Assembly (NCBI GenBank): GCA_027488515.1
Contig: JAIYBN010000001.1
Location: 192,811 to 256,810, forward strand
DNA from: Pseudomonadota bacterium
GTDB lineage: Bacteria > Bdellovibrionota > UBA1018 > CAIMNF01
Direction of reading: 5' to 3'
Length of the DNA: 64,000 nt
Part shown: piece by piece, positions 20,600 through 30,616 of the stretch
Layout of the letters: every line of letters begins with the position of its first letter
Numbering within the stretch: position 1 is the stretch's first letter
Notes under the pieces: model-generated
The model's input: the letters and a program-made list of their open reading frames with translations, nothing else
Told to the model about the DNA's origin: nothing
The model's database searches: none
Position numbers and translations under genes: made by a program

Positions 20600-22356
20600 A
20601 GCTTCCCGGTTTCCTTGGCATCTTCCGTCGAACCCGCCGCATCGCCCACGGTCTGGTCTTTCGCCAGGTTCTTGTCCTGGTTCACAATCCGCGGAGTCAC
20701 GAAGAACACGAGCTCGGTCTTCTTGGTGTTCCCTCCGGCCTCGCCGAACAACCAGCCGATGATGGGCATTTTACGCAAGATGGGAAACCCGCCCTCGGTC
20801 GAAGTCTCATCCACACTGTGCACTCCACCGAGCACCAGGGTGTTTCCACTCTCCACGATGACCTCGGTGTTGATGCTTCTCGGCGCCGTGACGGAGGTCC
20901 CGCTGATGGTTTCGACCGTGTCCCGGGTCAGGTTCAAGTTGAGGAACACCGATCCGTCGTTCGTCACCCGCGGAGTCACTCCGAGACTGGTGTTGTAGGG
21001 AATGAAGTTCTGGGTGATCTGGGTACCGGTCGGGGTCACCGTCGAAACCGAGTTCACGATGTTCGACCCTTGGGTGATCTGTGCGCGGCGTCCGCTCAGC
21101 ACCATCACCCGGGGAGAAGAAACGACCTTGGCGGTGTTCTGGGTCTCTGAAAAGGCCAACAAAGCGTCGAGAGTTGCCGTGTTCCCGATACCGAAACGGA
21201 AGCTGTTGCTGTTCCCGGTCGAACTGGTCGGTGCACCCGTGCCTGCAGGGACACCTCCGTTGAAATCCATCCTGTTGCGATTGTCTGAAGTGAGCGACAT
21301 GCTCAAGCGGCCACCGATGGTCTTGCTGAACGACTCCAAGGCATCGATCACTTTCGCTTCGATGATCACCTGAGGGGTCTGCACATCCAGCAACTGGATC
21401 ATCTTCTTGATCCGATCCACTCCTTCGGCCGTGTCCCGGACGATCAAGGACTGGGTGTTGGCATTGGTCAGGATGGTGGCAGGAGTCCCACCCGCCGTGT
21501 TCTGTGAATTCGCAAAGTTGGTGAGGAGGGACTGGAGGGTTCCAAGCTCGGCGTAACTCACCGGAAAAATCCTCGTGATCCGTGGAGCTGCCTGAGCCAC
21601 CACACGCTTGGCGTCGATTTCCGCTTGTTTCTCGTTGATGAGCTGGTCACGAGGCATCACCCGGAGGACACTGTCTTTTCTTTCGGCTGCAAGCCGGAGC
21701 GTGGTCAACACGACATCGAGAGCCTGATCCCAAGGCACCTGCTCCAGGGACAGCGTGAGCTTGCCGCTCACCTGCGGATGGATCACGATATTGAATCCGC
21801 TTGCATCCGAAATGAGACGGAGCACCTCGTGCACATCCGCATCCTTCAACTTCAGAGTGATGGGTGATCCCGTGAATTTTTGATCGGTCTCGGCACTCAT
21901 GATGGTGGTCAAAGGATCGAGATCCGAAGGCTTCAACTCGGGCAAGCGCTCCCGCTGGGTGGCTGCGACGTTCTTTTCGGCCGAGAGCGGAATGCGAATC
22001 GTGATTTTCCGGTCACTCGTGTCGATCTTGTATTGAATCTTCGATTTGAAATCGAGGACCACACGGGCGTCCAGATCGGTCAACGGGTAACTCGACACCT
22101 GAACCAGGGGAGAATTGGGAGTCTCGGTCGAGGGGTCGAAGGTCTGCCGGGCGGCATCCGCGACAGTCGAATCCTTGAAGGTCAGGACCAATTGCGGAGG
22201 AGACGCCTTCTCTTCTTTGGCGTAATCACCGATTCTGTTTCCGACGATTTCGATCACACTCTCGTTTCCGACAGTCTTCATCTGCATCGACTGGATCTGT
22301 CCGGCTTCGGCACCAACCGCCATCATCATCAGGAGCGCCAGCATGAATGATCTCAT
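20596..22356 (-). CDS. pilQ: Type IV pilus secretin PilQ.
   Basis: Signal peptide and a C-terminal secretin domain (VLGGVHSVDETSTEGGFPILRKMPIIGWLFG...VFFVTPRIVN). Confidence 0.9.
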   Translation of the reverse strand: MRSFMLALLMMMAVGAEAGQIQSMQMKTVGNESVIEIVGNRIGDYAKEEKASPPQLVLTFKDSTVADAARQTFDPSTETPNSPLVQVSSYPLTDLDARVVLDFKSKIQYKIDTSDRKITIRIPLSAEKNVAATQRERLPELKPSDLDPLTTIMSAETDQKFTGSPITLKLKDADVHEVLRLISDASGFNIVIHPQVSGKLTLSLEQVPWDQALDVVLTTLRLAAERKDSVLRVMPRDQLINEKQAEIDAKRVVAQAAPRITRIFPVSYAELGTLQSLLTNFANSQNTAGGTPATILTNANTQSLIVRDTAEGVDRIKKMIQLLDVQTPQVIIEAKVIDALESFSKTIGGRLSMSLTSDNRNRMDFNGGVPAGTGAPTSSTGNSNSFRFGIGNTATLDALLAFSETQNTAKVVSSPRVMVLSGRRAQITQGSNIVNSVSTVTPTGTQITQNFIPYNTSLGVTPRVTNDGSVFLNLNLTRDTVETISGTSVTAPRSINTEVIVESGNTLVLGGVHSVDETSTEGGFPILRKMPIIGWLFGEAGGNTKKTELVFFVTPRIVNQDKNLAKDQTVGDAAGSTEDAKETGKL

Positions 22357-22856
22357 TGTTTGTCCTCGTCTTTCTTGGTGAGAGAGACCAACTCTCCCGC
22401 CAACCTCAATTCGTAGATGTCAGGGACGTTGCGCCCTTTTTCGTCCTGGTAATATTCGACGACCCGGACGGCATCGGTGGTGATCTGGGTGATCTTCCCG
22501 CCGCGGACTCCGATCCGGTCACCGACCTTCACAAAATAGGTTTTTCCACCGCCGCCGATCAACATGGCCCTGACCTTACGGGGACCCGAGATGATCCCCT
22601 GGAGCTTGAAATCCTTCAGTGCGAGCGTCTCCAGCTCCGACTTGGGGATCTCTTTTTTGATGATCGCACTGGTGGGAAGCTGGAACGGATCGCGCAGGGC
22701 CCGGATCAGATCCTCGTTCAAGAGGGAGTCCATGGCAGGTTCGGGCTCAGCCAAGGCCACGGGAGCGACTGGTGGCGCCGGTGGCGGCGGAGGAGCAGGA
22801 GCCGCGAACGTGATGACCGGAAGGAAAAGCAGTATTGAAAGAATCCAGGCTCTCAT
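22353..22856 (-). CDS. pilP: Type IV pilus assembly lipoprotein PilP.
   Basis: Signal peptide, Pro-rich linker and a PilP-like beta domain (GIISGPRKVRAMLIGGGGKTYFVKVGDRIG). Position between pilO and pilQ. Confidence 0.75.
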   Translation of the reverse strand: MRAWILSILLFLPVITFAAPAPPPPPAPPVAPVALAEPEPAMDSLLNEDLIRALRDPFQLPTSAIIKKEIPKSELETLALKDFKLQGIISGPRKVRAMLIGGGGKTYFVKVGDRIGVRGGKITQITTDAVRVVEYYQDEKGRNVPDIYELRLAGELVSLTKKDEDKQ

Positions 22857-23602
22857 GGTTTGCCCGGTCCTTTCGGACGGTCACCGGTGGCCGGCACGAC
22901 GGCTTTCCGTCCGGCTTTGTCATCCAACTTCGATTTCTCGTCCAGTTTCGGCTTTTCTTGCTCTTTCTTGGCCCCGGTGTCGGTCCCGACCATGTCTTTC
23001 GGAATCTCTGCGATCTGAAGCTTGTCTTCTTTGCTGAGCGTGTACTGGTAGGCACGAACCGAAAGATTCGCCGAGAGGGTGATCGCCTTCGCTGACAAAC
23101 TGGTCGAGGCGATCCGGAGGGTGACTCCCTCGATTCTCAGGATCCTCTGGAGCTGGGAAACCCGATGGACGAAGAGCAACAGGTTTTGAAAGGTCCCCCG
23201 CACCTCGAGCTTGAACTCCTGATCCAGGTAATATTCGCGCTGGTCTTTCTTACCCGGCTCGATGCGGTCGACCTTCAGGTCCGCCCGCTTGGCCTCGGTG
23301 TCGAGCAGTCGGAGCAGAACGGGCACGTCCGGAGCCTCGGACAGTGCGCCCTGATATTCGCCCAGCTTCACGATCTGGGCCCGAATCTCTTCGCGCTTCT
23401 GATCGAGCGATTTCATGAACTTGTTACCGTCGGCGAGCTTCTTCTTCAGACCTTCCAACTCCGAGTTCGCGCTGGCCATGGCCGCGCGGTGGAGTTCCAC
23501 CTCCCCCTCGGGGGAGTAGCTGAAGGTGTAATACTGGAAGCCGAGGTACCCCAGGAAGGAGAAGAGCATGAGGTAGAACGGTGTGGACTTCAAGCCCTCC
23601 AT
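22853..23602 (-). CDS. pilO: Type IV pilus assembly protein PilO.
   Basis: Single N-terminal TM, a coiled-coil and a PilO-like periplasmic domain. Conserved pilMNOPQ gene order. Confidence 0.75.
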   Translation of the reverse strand: MEGLKSTPFYLMLFSFLGYLGFQYYTFSYSPEGEVELHRAAMASANSELEGLKKKLADGNKFMKSLDQKREEIRAQIVKLGEYQGALSEAPDVPVLLRLLDTEAKRADLKVDRIEPGKKDQREYYLDQEFKLEVRGTFQNLLLFVHRVSQLQRILRIEGVTLRIASTSLSAKAITLSANLSVRAYQYTLSKEDKLQIAEIPKDMVGTDTGAKKEQEKPKLDEKSKLDDKAGRKAVVPATGDRPKGPGKP

Positions 23603-24231
23603 CAGTCTCTCCTCGCAGTCAGATCGAAGTTGATCCGTTTTTGAGTCGGATCACTCGACGAATTCCGGAGCGCGACTTCTTTGAAATAGATCGTGCGCCC
23701 CAGGCGCGACATGAAGTCACTCACCATGCTGTATTCGATCGCCCCACCCCGGATGGTGTAGTTCTTTTCGACCTGGCTGAATTCGACGATCCAAGCGTCT
23801 TTGGGCATGGCCTGCACCAGACTGATCAGCGACTTTGCCGTGAAATCGCGACCGCGGATCAGGTTTTCGATGGTGTCCATCTTGGCACGGATCACCATCG
23901 AATTTCGCTCGAGGTCCATTTTGATCGCCTCGAAACCTTTGATCTTCTGAAGTTGCTTGTTGATCTTGTCCTTGACCTCACCGACGGCGGCCAATTCCTT
24001 GGCGTGCTCGTCCCGGATCCCCTGAATGGTCTCGTCGTAAAAGTAGTTTGCTGAAAGAGCGAAAATCGCCGGTATGCCGATTTTGTAGAACAAGGGGGCC
24101 AGGGTCTTCCCGCTCCCCTGACCGACATTCCTCAGGGCATCGAGATTGATCCTCGACTTCAAGTCATCGACCTTGCCCCCGGCGCCGGCCGCGGCGACAG
24201 TACGCTTTTTGACCAAATTGACCTTGATCAT
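23602..24231 (-). CDS. pilN: Type IV pilus assembly protein PilN.
   Basis: Short cytoplasmic N-terminus (MIKVNLVKK), single TM and a periplasmic domain. Located between pilM and pilO. Confidence 0.75.
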   Translation of the reverse strand: MIKVNLVKKRTVAAAGAGGKVDDLKSRINLDALRNVGQGSGKTLAPLFYKIGIPAIFALSANYFYDETIQGIRDEHAKELAAVGEVKDKINKQLQKIKGFEAIKMDLERNSMVIRAKMDTIENLIRGRDFTAKSLISLVQAMPKDAWIVEFSQVEKNYTIRGGAIEYSMVSDFMSRLGRTIYFKEVALRNSSSDPTQKRINFDLTARRD

Positions 24232-25334
24232 GTCTTGTCCCTCGCGCGGATGGCCAGACCGATCGGGATCACAGCCTCAGGAGCGATACTGTCTAGGTAC
24301 TCTTGACTCATTTTTTTCGGATCCCCTTGGATCCGCTCGAAGGGGTTCACGATCTGAACCGGAACTCCCACATACTCCTGGACGATGGGAATCATCCCCA
24401 GCGCCCGGGATCCCCCACCCGAGAGGTAGACGGTCGAAACCGGCGGACCGAGGTTCGAGGCATTGTAGAAATCGATCGAACGCTTCAACTCGGTTCCGAG
24501 GACATGACACATCCTCGAAACGATCTCCGAAACCTCCTGGGGAAGTGTTTCGGAGATTTTCAAGGTCTCCGCATCGACGAAGGTCGGCAGCTTCAACTCA
24601 CGCTGGATCTCGTTGGTGACATTGATGCCGCCATAAGGTGCGTCCTTGGTGAACAGCGGAGAGCCGTCGGCACAAATGGTAACCTTGGTGCTCATGGCAC
24701 CGATGTCGGCGATCAAGACCGCCTCGTTGGAAGGGATCGTGTAGTTGGATTCGAAGCAGTTCTGGAGGGCGAACACCTCCACATCCATCACTTTCGTCTG
24801 GAGTCCGGCCTCCTCGATCACTCCGAGGTACTGGTCGATGTAATCGTTCTTCACCGCCACGACGACGACTTCGAATTCGTTCTTTTTCGTCTCGCGAATG
24901 GTCTGGTAGTCGATCACGACATCGTTGATGTCGAACGGAATGTATTGCTCGGCCTCCCAGTAGACCTGATCCTCGAGCTCTTTCTTGTTGTTCACGCTGA
25001 TGGTGAGGTTCTTGATGATCACGCCGCTCCCCACCAGGGAAGAGCACACCTCTTTGGCTTTGACTTTGGTCGCCGTGAAGGCTTCTTGGATGGCGAATGC
25101 GATATTCGCCGCGTTCACCACTTCCCGCTGGTCCGAGAGGACTTCCTCGACAGGGATGTTGGCGTAGGCCGTCATCATCCAGGAGTTCGATTTTTTGCGT
25201 AATTCGACCAGCTTGACGCTCGATGCCCCGATGCTCAATCCCACATAGGAACGGCCAAGTATGAAAGAGAGGTCAATGCCCCCCTTCAAACGCGCGAGTA
25301 GACTACTTCCTGCCCTTCCTTGAGCGGATGCCAT
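24228..25334 (-). CDS. pilM: Type IV pilus assembly ATPase-like protein PilM (actin fold).
   Basis: Actin/FtsA-like fold signatures (VGLSIGASSVKLVEL; DIGAMSTKVTI; VYLSGGGS). Confidence 0.85.
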   Translation of the reverse strand: MASAQGRAGSSLLARLKGGIDLSFILGRSYVGLSIGASSVKLVELRKKSNSWMMTAYANIPVEEVLSDQREVVNAANIAFAIQEAFTATKVKAKEVCSSLVGSGVIIKNLTISVNNKKELEDQVYWEAEQYIPFDINDVVIDYQTIRETKKNEFEVVVVAVKNDYIDQYLGVIEEAGLQTKVMDVEVFALQNCFESNYTIPSNEAVLIADIGAMSTKVTICADGSPLFTKDAPYGGINVTNEIQRELKLPTFVDAETLKISETLPQEVSEIVSRMCHVLGTELKRSIDFYNASNLGPPVSTVYLSGGGSRALGMIPIVQEYVGVPVQIVNPFERIQGDPKKMSQEYLDSIAPEAVIPIGLAIRARDKT

Positions 25335-25380
25335 GAATACCAGAGTATCGGGTTCGAGTAACAATTACAATTCATTGACA

Positions 25381-25953
25381 CTAGTTTATGGAAATTTTTG
25401 CCGACTCACCGTCGAGGATCACGTAAGACGCCCGGTCCAGTCGACCGACAGTCAAGTCATTGACAGGAACCACGACCACCACACTGCGGACCGCTTGACT
25501 CATGTCGAGTCCGAATACCGGGTCAAAGCAAACTTCATCCGTCGCCAATCCCAGAGAGTACTTTGCAGCATCCGCACGCGACAGGATGACCAACTCCTCG
25601 GGCCTGAGCGTCCAGGTCCCCGGCTCGAGTTCCCTCACCACCGGCCCACCTCCGCATCGCTCGAGTACCTCCACCCGGTATTGGCCACCACCGATGAACT
25701 TCAAGCGAACCGGCCTTTTTTCCTGGATGGAGAGGGTTTTCACCCGCTCGAGCTCGGTGGAGATCTCCCTCGCAGCCCGCAGGGACCTCCACTTGGGCAG
25801 ACGCTCTTTCACCACAGGTACGGCGCATAGTGAAAGAAACAGGATGAGCGCCGACCCCAGAATGAGGAATCGCTTCCGATTCTGTCGGATCCGCACCTGC
25901 TCATAGAGCTCAAAATCCCGCCACTGTACTTCTTCTTCTAAAGGCCGATCCAT
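25381..25953 (-). CDS. Hypothetical membrane-anchored protein between pilM and pilD.
   Basis: Start at an internal Met (MDRPLEEEVQWRDF...), one TM (FLILGSALILFLSLCAVPVV) and a soluble domain with no recognisable family. Confidence 0.4.
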   Translation of the reverse strand: MDRPLEEEVQWRDFELYEQVRIRQNRKRFLILGSALILFLSLCAVPVVKERLPKWRSLRAAREISTELERVKTLSIQEKRPVRLKFIGGGQYRVEVLERCGGGPVVRELEPGTWTLRPEELVILSRADAAKYSLGLATDEVCFDPVFGLDMSQAVRSVVVVVPVNDLTVGRLDRASYVILDGESAKISIN

Positions 25954-26733
25954 GCTGACACCCCGAAAAAGAGTTCTACCAGAGCCCCGAAGACCAGGAA
26001 AGGCCCATAAGGAATCTGGGTCCGAAGGACACCCTCTGAATCCCCCCCGGCAGCCCCCTGCCTCTTGGACCACGCCGCCATCGCCAGCCCCACCAGACTC
26101 CCTGTGATGGAGCTGATCAAAATCGCTGACCAGATGCCCCCGAAGCCGAGAAAAATCCCGATGGTTCCCATGAAGTTCACGTCACCTCCACCCAAACCGA
26201 CCCGTCCGGTGACCTTTTCGTAAAGCAGACCGAACAGAAAGAAAAATCCGAACCCCGCGACCGAGGCTGCCACCAGCTCCCAGGGGCCGTGCCTGAAATC
26301 GGAAAAGCAAGTCAGGAGCCCCACCCCCCAACCTCCGAAACTGAGCGTGTGCGGGATGATCCTGTGATCGAGGTCGATGAAAGTGACTGCGATACCGATC
26401 AGAATGAAAATCCAGACCCTGAACTGGTTGACCGCCTGGATCCAGTCACCCGGCAGTCCCAGATAGGAACCCCAGAACAAAAAAGCGGTCAAGAGCTCCA
26501 CCAGTGGATAACGGGGGGAGATCCTGATCCCGCAACCCGCGCACCGCCCCCGGAGCATCAGGTAACCGAGGACCGGGACATTGTGATACCAGCGGATCGC
26601 TTCCTTGCAGGACGGACAGCGACTCCCCGGATGAACGATCGACTCCTCGAGCGGCAACCGGTGAATCACCACGTTCAAAAAACTTCCCAACACCAGACCC
26701 AGAAGGACGACTCCGATCGATTCGATCATCATA
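25938..26733 (-). CDS. pilD: Prepilin peptidase PilD (A24 family leader peptidase / N-methyltransferase).
   Basis: Tetracysteine zinc motif CPSC...CAGC and polytopic membrane topology. Start placed at MMIESIGVVLLG (internal to the listed ORF). Confidence 0.85.
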
Positions 26734-27523
26734 AGTTCTTCCTGTAGAAAACCGCATTTCCGATGAGCATGAACAACAGGGCCCACGCCAGACCGTATCC
26801 CATCCGCTGGACCATCTCGAATCCGCCGAGCGCCACGTCGTAATAGACCCGGGTGTCCATCAACAGGACCTGCCCATTCGGTGTCAGTTGCATGAGAAGT
26901 GAGAAAACCGGAGATCCGTCGCCGGCCTGCTTTTTCAAGAAATCGAGCTGGTCGTGATTGTGACTCAGAAACAGGTAAGCCATGCACACCATCACCGAAA
27001 GCCCCTGTCGGAAAAACAGGGACACCAGCATTGCGATGGCGGAAACCATCAAGGACTCAATCCAGATCAACAGTGTGGCCTGAATCAAAGCCTCATTCAC
27101 CCCACCTCCGGTCACACTGAGTGCGACCCACAGCACTCCGGTCAGAAGCATCAGATTCACACCACAAAACCACGAGATTCCGATCCACTTTCCGAAAAAG
27201 TAGCTCACCCGCGAAACCGGCCTCGACAGTGGCAGGTAAGCCACCCGTTGCTCCACTTCGGACCTGAGCAATCTGGCACCGGCACCCCCTGCGACCAGGT
27301 ACACGGAAATGGCATTGATCATGATCCCCAAGTGAAGCATGACCCTGTCCTGGTGACCGTAGACCAGCAAGGCGGCGAGGTATCCGAAGAAAAGCAGAAG
27401 CAAGGACACGAAAAAAATATTGTACAGAATCCGCTCCCGGAGCAGATCTTGAAACGCCTGGAATGCGACGAACACCGTTTGTCTCGGGTACACCCCAATT
27501 CGATTCATGGCAGCGCCCTCCAC
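26729..27523 (-). CDS. ABC-2 type transporter permease (PilI-like position in a myxobacterial-type pil cluster).
   Basis: Six predicted TM helices and no ATPase motifs. Translationally coupled to the upstream ATPase and to downstream pilD. Confidence 0.65.
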   Translation of the reverse strand: MEGAAMNRIGVYPRQTVFVAFQAFQDLLRERILYNIFFVSLLLLFFGYLAALLVYGHQDRVMLHLGIMINAISVYLVAGGAGARLLRSEVEQRVAYLPLSRPVSRVSYFFGKWIGISWFCGVNLMLLTGVLWVALSVTGGGVNEALIQATLLIWIESLMVSAIAMLVSLFFRQGLSVMVCMAYLFLSHNHDQLDFLKKQAGDGSPVFSLLMQLTPNGQVLLMDTRVYYDVALGGFEMVQRMGYGLAWALLFMLIGNAVFYRKNL

Positions 27524-28179
27524 TCCGACACCGTTCCTCTGAACCGGATCTCTCCGTCCTCCAGAATCAGCACCTCGTCGGCCAACTGCTCGACATCCTC
27601 CATGACGTGGGATGAGAAGATGATGGTCTTCCCCGCCTCACTCCATTTCTGGATCTGGGCCTTCACCGCTTCACGGGATTCGGGATCGAGTCCGCTCATC
27701 GGCTCGTCCAGAACCTTGATCTCCGGATTGCCTAGGGCAGCCTGGGCTAACACCGCCTTTTGCAACATCCCCTTCGAGAAGGTACTCAACGAATCGTCGA
27801 GATGACCGCTCAAACCGACTTCACCTGCGATCTGTTCGAAGGTGGTCCGATCCCTGGGAACACCTGCCAGACGGGCATGGTAGGTCAGGAGGGAGCCGAA
27901 TTCGTGATCCAGATTCAAATACGGGCGCTCGACCACATACCCGACCGCTGCACGGGCCCGCCAATCCTCGTTCGATTTCCCCAGAATCCTGACTTCTCCG
28001 GCGGTCTGGTACTTCAAGCCGAGCAGAATATGGAAGAAAGTGGTCTTGCCGGCGCCATTGTGACCCAATACCGCAAAGACCTTTCCACGGGGAATGCTGA
28101 AGTCGAGACCTTTCAGGATGCGCTTTTTCCCGATGACGAACTCAAGTCCGACAACCTCGATAGCCACTGGTTCATTCAT
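27505..28179 (-). CDS. ABC transporter ATP-binding protein (PilH-like position).
   Basis: Walker A GHNGAGKTT, signature LSKGMLQKAVLAQAAL, Walker B ILILDEP. Confidence 0.85.
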   Translation of the reverse strand: MNEPVAIEVVGLEFVIGKKRILKGLDFSIPRGKVFAVLGHNGAGKTTFFHILLGLKYQTAGEVRILGKSNEDWRARAAVGYVVERPYLNLDHEFGSLLTYHARLAGVPRDRTTFEQIAGEVGLSGHLDDSLSTFSKGMLQKAVLAQAALGNPEIKVLDEPMSGLDPESREAVKAQIQKWSEAGKTIIFSSHVMEDVEQLADEVLILEDGEIRFRGTVSEWRALP

Positions 28180-28864
28180 AGTGCTTCAGCTTCTCCTCGT
28201 ATTTCTTCCTGACCGGACCGGCCTCGGTCGTCGAGATCATCCACTTGAGGACCTTCACCGCGAGTTTCCGATCCCCGTCCCCCTCCTGGAGCCACTTCTT
28301 CATGCTCTGGAGGTAGGCCGGAGAGCCCGGCGAATACGCGGCCTTCAGGTAGTCATTGCGGGCTTGAGCCCAATCATTCCGCATGAACGCGTTCACATAC
28401 GCACGATGCAGGTAAAGGCTGTAAGGATGGGTCCAGAACCGCTTCGGGGGACTGGCGCGCTCGTAAATCCGGATCCCTTTGTCAATGAACTCCAGTGCGG
28501 CGAAAGGGGCGTCAAACAGACACGAGAAATTGACCGCCGCCTGATCATAAATTTCGTAAAAGTAAGGATCCAACCCGGTCGACAAGCGGTAGAACCCCAC
28601 ACTTTCATTGAGCGCGTCCGCACTGAAATTCCCGGACCCGATCAACTGAAGAGTCCGGATCCAAAGGTAGTCGTGAGCCGCGGGCCAGAATCCTCCCGAG
28701 ATCAACCTGAAGAACTGAGGGGTCAGGTGATAATCCCCGGCTTTGAGCAGATGGGGGCGGTTAAAATCAACTTCTTTAATTGATAAATAAAGAGGCAAGC
28801 AAAAAACGAGGGCGACAAGCGCCTGACTGTGAAAAACACCTCGCCATTTCATAAACTTCTCCAT
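28172..28864 (-). CDS. Hypothetical protein (PilG-like position upstream of the ABC pair).
   Basis: ORF only. N-terminal hydrophobic segment. Overlaps the ATPase start. Confidence 0.4.
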   Translation of the reverse strand: MEKFMKWRGVFHSQALVALVFCLPLYLSIKEVDFNRPHLLKAGDYHLTPQFFRLISGGFWPAAHDYLWIRTLQLIGSGNFSADALNESVGFYRLSTGLDPYFYEIYDQAAVNFSCLFDAPFAALEFIDKGIRIYERASPPKRFWTHPYSLYLHRAYVNAFMRNDWAQARNDYLKAAYSPGSPAYLQSMKKWLQEGDGDRKLAVKVLKWMISTTEAGPVRKKYEEKLKHYE

Positions 28865-28923
28865 AGAATAATGGTATGGGTGGACGTAGGGAAGCCCAAA
28901 ATACCCTTTAAGGAGGGGTTCGT

Positions 28924-29607
28924 ATGGAACGTATGTTGGGAAAAAAACTGAGTCAAATGAGGAACGCCGAGGGTTTCACCTTGGTGGAACTCATGGTGGT
29001 CGTGGCAATCATCGGGATTCTGGCAACTCTCGCGGTCCCGCAGTACAAAAAGTTTCAGGCGAAGAGCCGGCAAAGTGAGGCCAGACTCTCTCTCGGTGGT
29101 GCTTACACCATCGAACAGAGCTTCGCTGCTGAAAACGCATCTTACACCACCTGCCTCGGGCAGGCCGGGTACAACCGCGACGGTGTGAGGTTCTACTACT
29201 CCGTCGGTTTCGCAGGTCCAGCCTTGAACCAGCAGACTTGCGGCCCGAACAATACCCTCGATTGCAACTTTACGGCGTGGCAGTTCGATCCAGCCACCCA
29301 GACCTATGCGGTTCAGGGTGATGCCAAGTGCGATGAGCAGGCCCAAAACATGGGGATCTTCATGGCGACTGCGGGTGAAAACGGGCAATTGGTTCCCAAA
29401 GATGCCGATACCGCTCGGGCCCGTCTGGACAAGGTAACGGTGGACGGGGGGAATGCCGTAACTGCCATTTCCCAGCAGACGTTCACGATCGGCGCCTCGG
29501 GAAGCATCCTGACTGCAGCCGGTACCGTGGCCTTGACGAACGCGTTCGACGGTTGGACCATCGACCAGAACAAGCAGTTGAAGAACAGCCAAAGCGGTTT
29601 GTTCTGA
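28924..29607 (+). CDS. pilA: Type IVa major pilin PilA.
   Basis: Strong RBS AAGGAGG 9 nt upstream. Class-III signal with G|FTLVELMVVVAIIGILA (E at +5). 227 aa with a Cys-containing C-terminal region. Confidence 0.9.
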   Translation: MERMLGKKLSQMRNAEGFTLVELMVVVAIIGILATLAVPQYKKFQAKSRQSEARLSLGGAYTIEQSFAAENASYTTCLGQAGYNRDGVRFYYSVGFAGPALNQQTCGPNNTLDCNFTAWQFDPATQTYAVQGDAKCDEQAQNMGIFMATAGENGQLVPKDADTARARLDKVTVDGGNAVTAISQQTFTIGASGSILTAAGTVALTNAFDGWTIDQNKQLKNSQSGLF

Positions 29608-29630
29608 TCCTGAGTATTCCGATTTCAGAA

Positions 29631-29666
29631 GGCCTCGGGAAGCGATTCCCGGGGCCTTTTTGTTTT
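29631..29666. terminator. Bidirectional rho-independent terminator between convergent pilA and the sigma54-activator gene.
   Basis: GGCCTCGGGAA-GCGA-TTCCCGGGGCC hairpin followed by TTTTTGTTTT on the plus strand. Confidence 0.65.
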
Positions 29667-30616
29667 CACTTGATCAACTCGAGGGCCCGTTCGGGATCTC
29701 CCTTTGCGAACACCAGGGCCTGCGCCCGGTAAAAGGCACGCACCTGCTCGATCACTTCGGCCATCTCGACGGGGCCCAGAGTGAAGTCGGCCTTCAGAAC
29801 CAGCTCACGCAATTTTCCAGCCTCTTTACGGGCGGAGAGCACCATCTCGGGAGGCAAGGTACCCACCTGGATTTTTGACCCCGACTCCAGGGTCGAGACC
29901 CGCTCCATGACATTCTCCAGCTCCCGGATGTTGCCGGGCCAACGGTGGGCCAGAATCACCTCAAGGGCTTCGGGTGTGAATCCCTCCAAGTGACGTTGGT
30001 GCTTTTCATTGAATCGTTTCAAGAACACCGATGCGAGCTCCTCGACATCCCCTGACCGGGTTCGGAGGGGTGGAGTTTCCAGGAGGATCACGTTGAGCCG
30101 GTAATAAAGGTCTTCCCGGAAGGTGCCTTTTTTCACTGCGTCTTCGAGGTTCCGGTTCGTAGCTGCGACAATGCGGACATCGATCTTGATATTCTCGTTT
30201 CCGCCGACCCGGCGGATGGTCCGGTCCTGGAGCGACCGGAGCAGTTTCACCTGCATGGTCAATGGCAACTCACCCACTTCATCGAGAAAGAGTGTGCCCC
30301 CGTCAGCCACCTGGAAGAGCCCTTCCTTGTCCGCAACGGCTCCGGTGAAGCTTCCCTTTTTATGACCGAACAACTCGCTCTCGATCAATGTCTCGGGGAT
30401 CGCCCCGCAATTCACCGCGACAAAAGGTCCGTCCTTCACCGCACTCAGCTCGTGAAGCGCACGCGCCACCAACTCTTTTCCGGTGCCACTCTCGCCGATG
30501 ATCAGGACATTGGTCTTCGAGGGGGCGACCCGCTCGATCATCTTCTTCAGTGCCGCCACTTGGGGAGACTTCCCCAACAAAGGTCTCTTGATCTGGTCGA
30601 TTGCCGCCATGGTCAC
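29666..30616 (-). CDS. Sigma54 activator domain protein (PilR-like position) lacking a receiver domain.
   Basis: AAA+ sigma54-interaction domain only (GESGTGKELVARALH, GSFTGA variant of GAFTGA, arginine-finger region). 316 aa. The N-terminus goes directly into the AAA+ domain. No clear Fis-type HTH at the C-terminus. Confidence 0.8.
   Translation of the reverse strand: MTMAAIDQIKRPLLGKSPQVAALKKMIERVAPSKTNVLIIGESGTGKELVARALHELSAVKDGPFVAVNCGAIPETLIESELFGHKKGSFTGAVADKEGLFQVADGGTLFLDEVGELPLTMQVKLLRSLQDRTIRRVGGNENIKIDVRIVAATNRNLEDAVKKGTFREDLYYRLNVILLETPPLRTRSGDVEELASVFLKRFNEKHQRHLEGFTPEALEVILAHRWPGNIRELENVMERVSTLESGSKIQVGTLPPEMVLSARKEAGKLRELVLKADFTLGPVEMAEVIEQVRAFYRAQALVFAKGDPERALELIK

Noticed and set aside
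28865-28923. Possible sigma54 promoter upstream of pilA (GG-N10-GC at GGACGTAGGGAAGC).
   Set aside because: Only the invariant GG/GC dinucleotides match and the flanking consensus is absent. It cannot be distinguished from chance in GC-rich DNA. It is noted because pilA is sigma54-dependent in Myxococcus.
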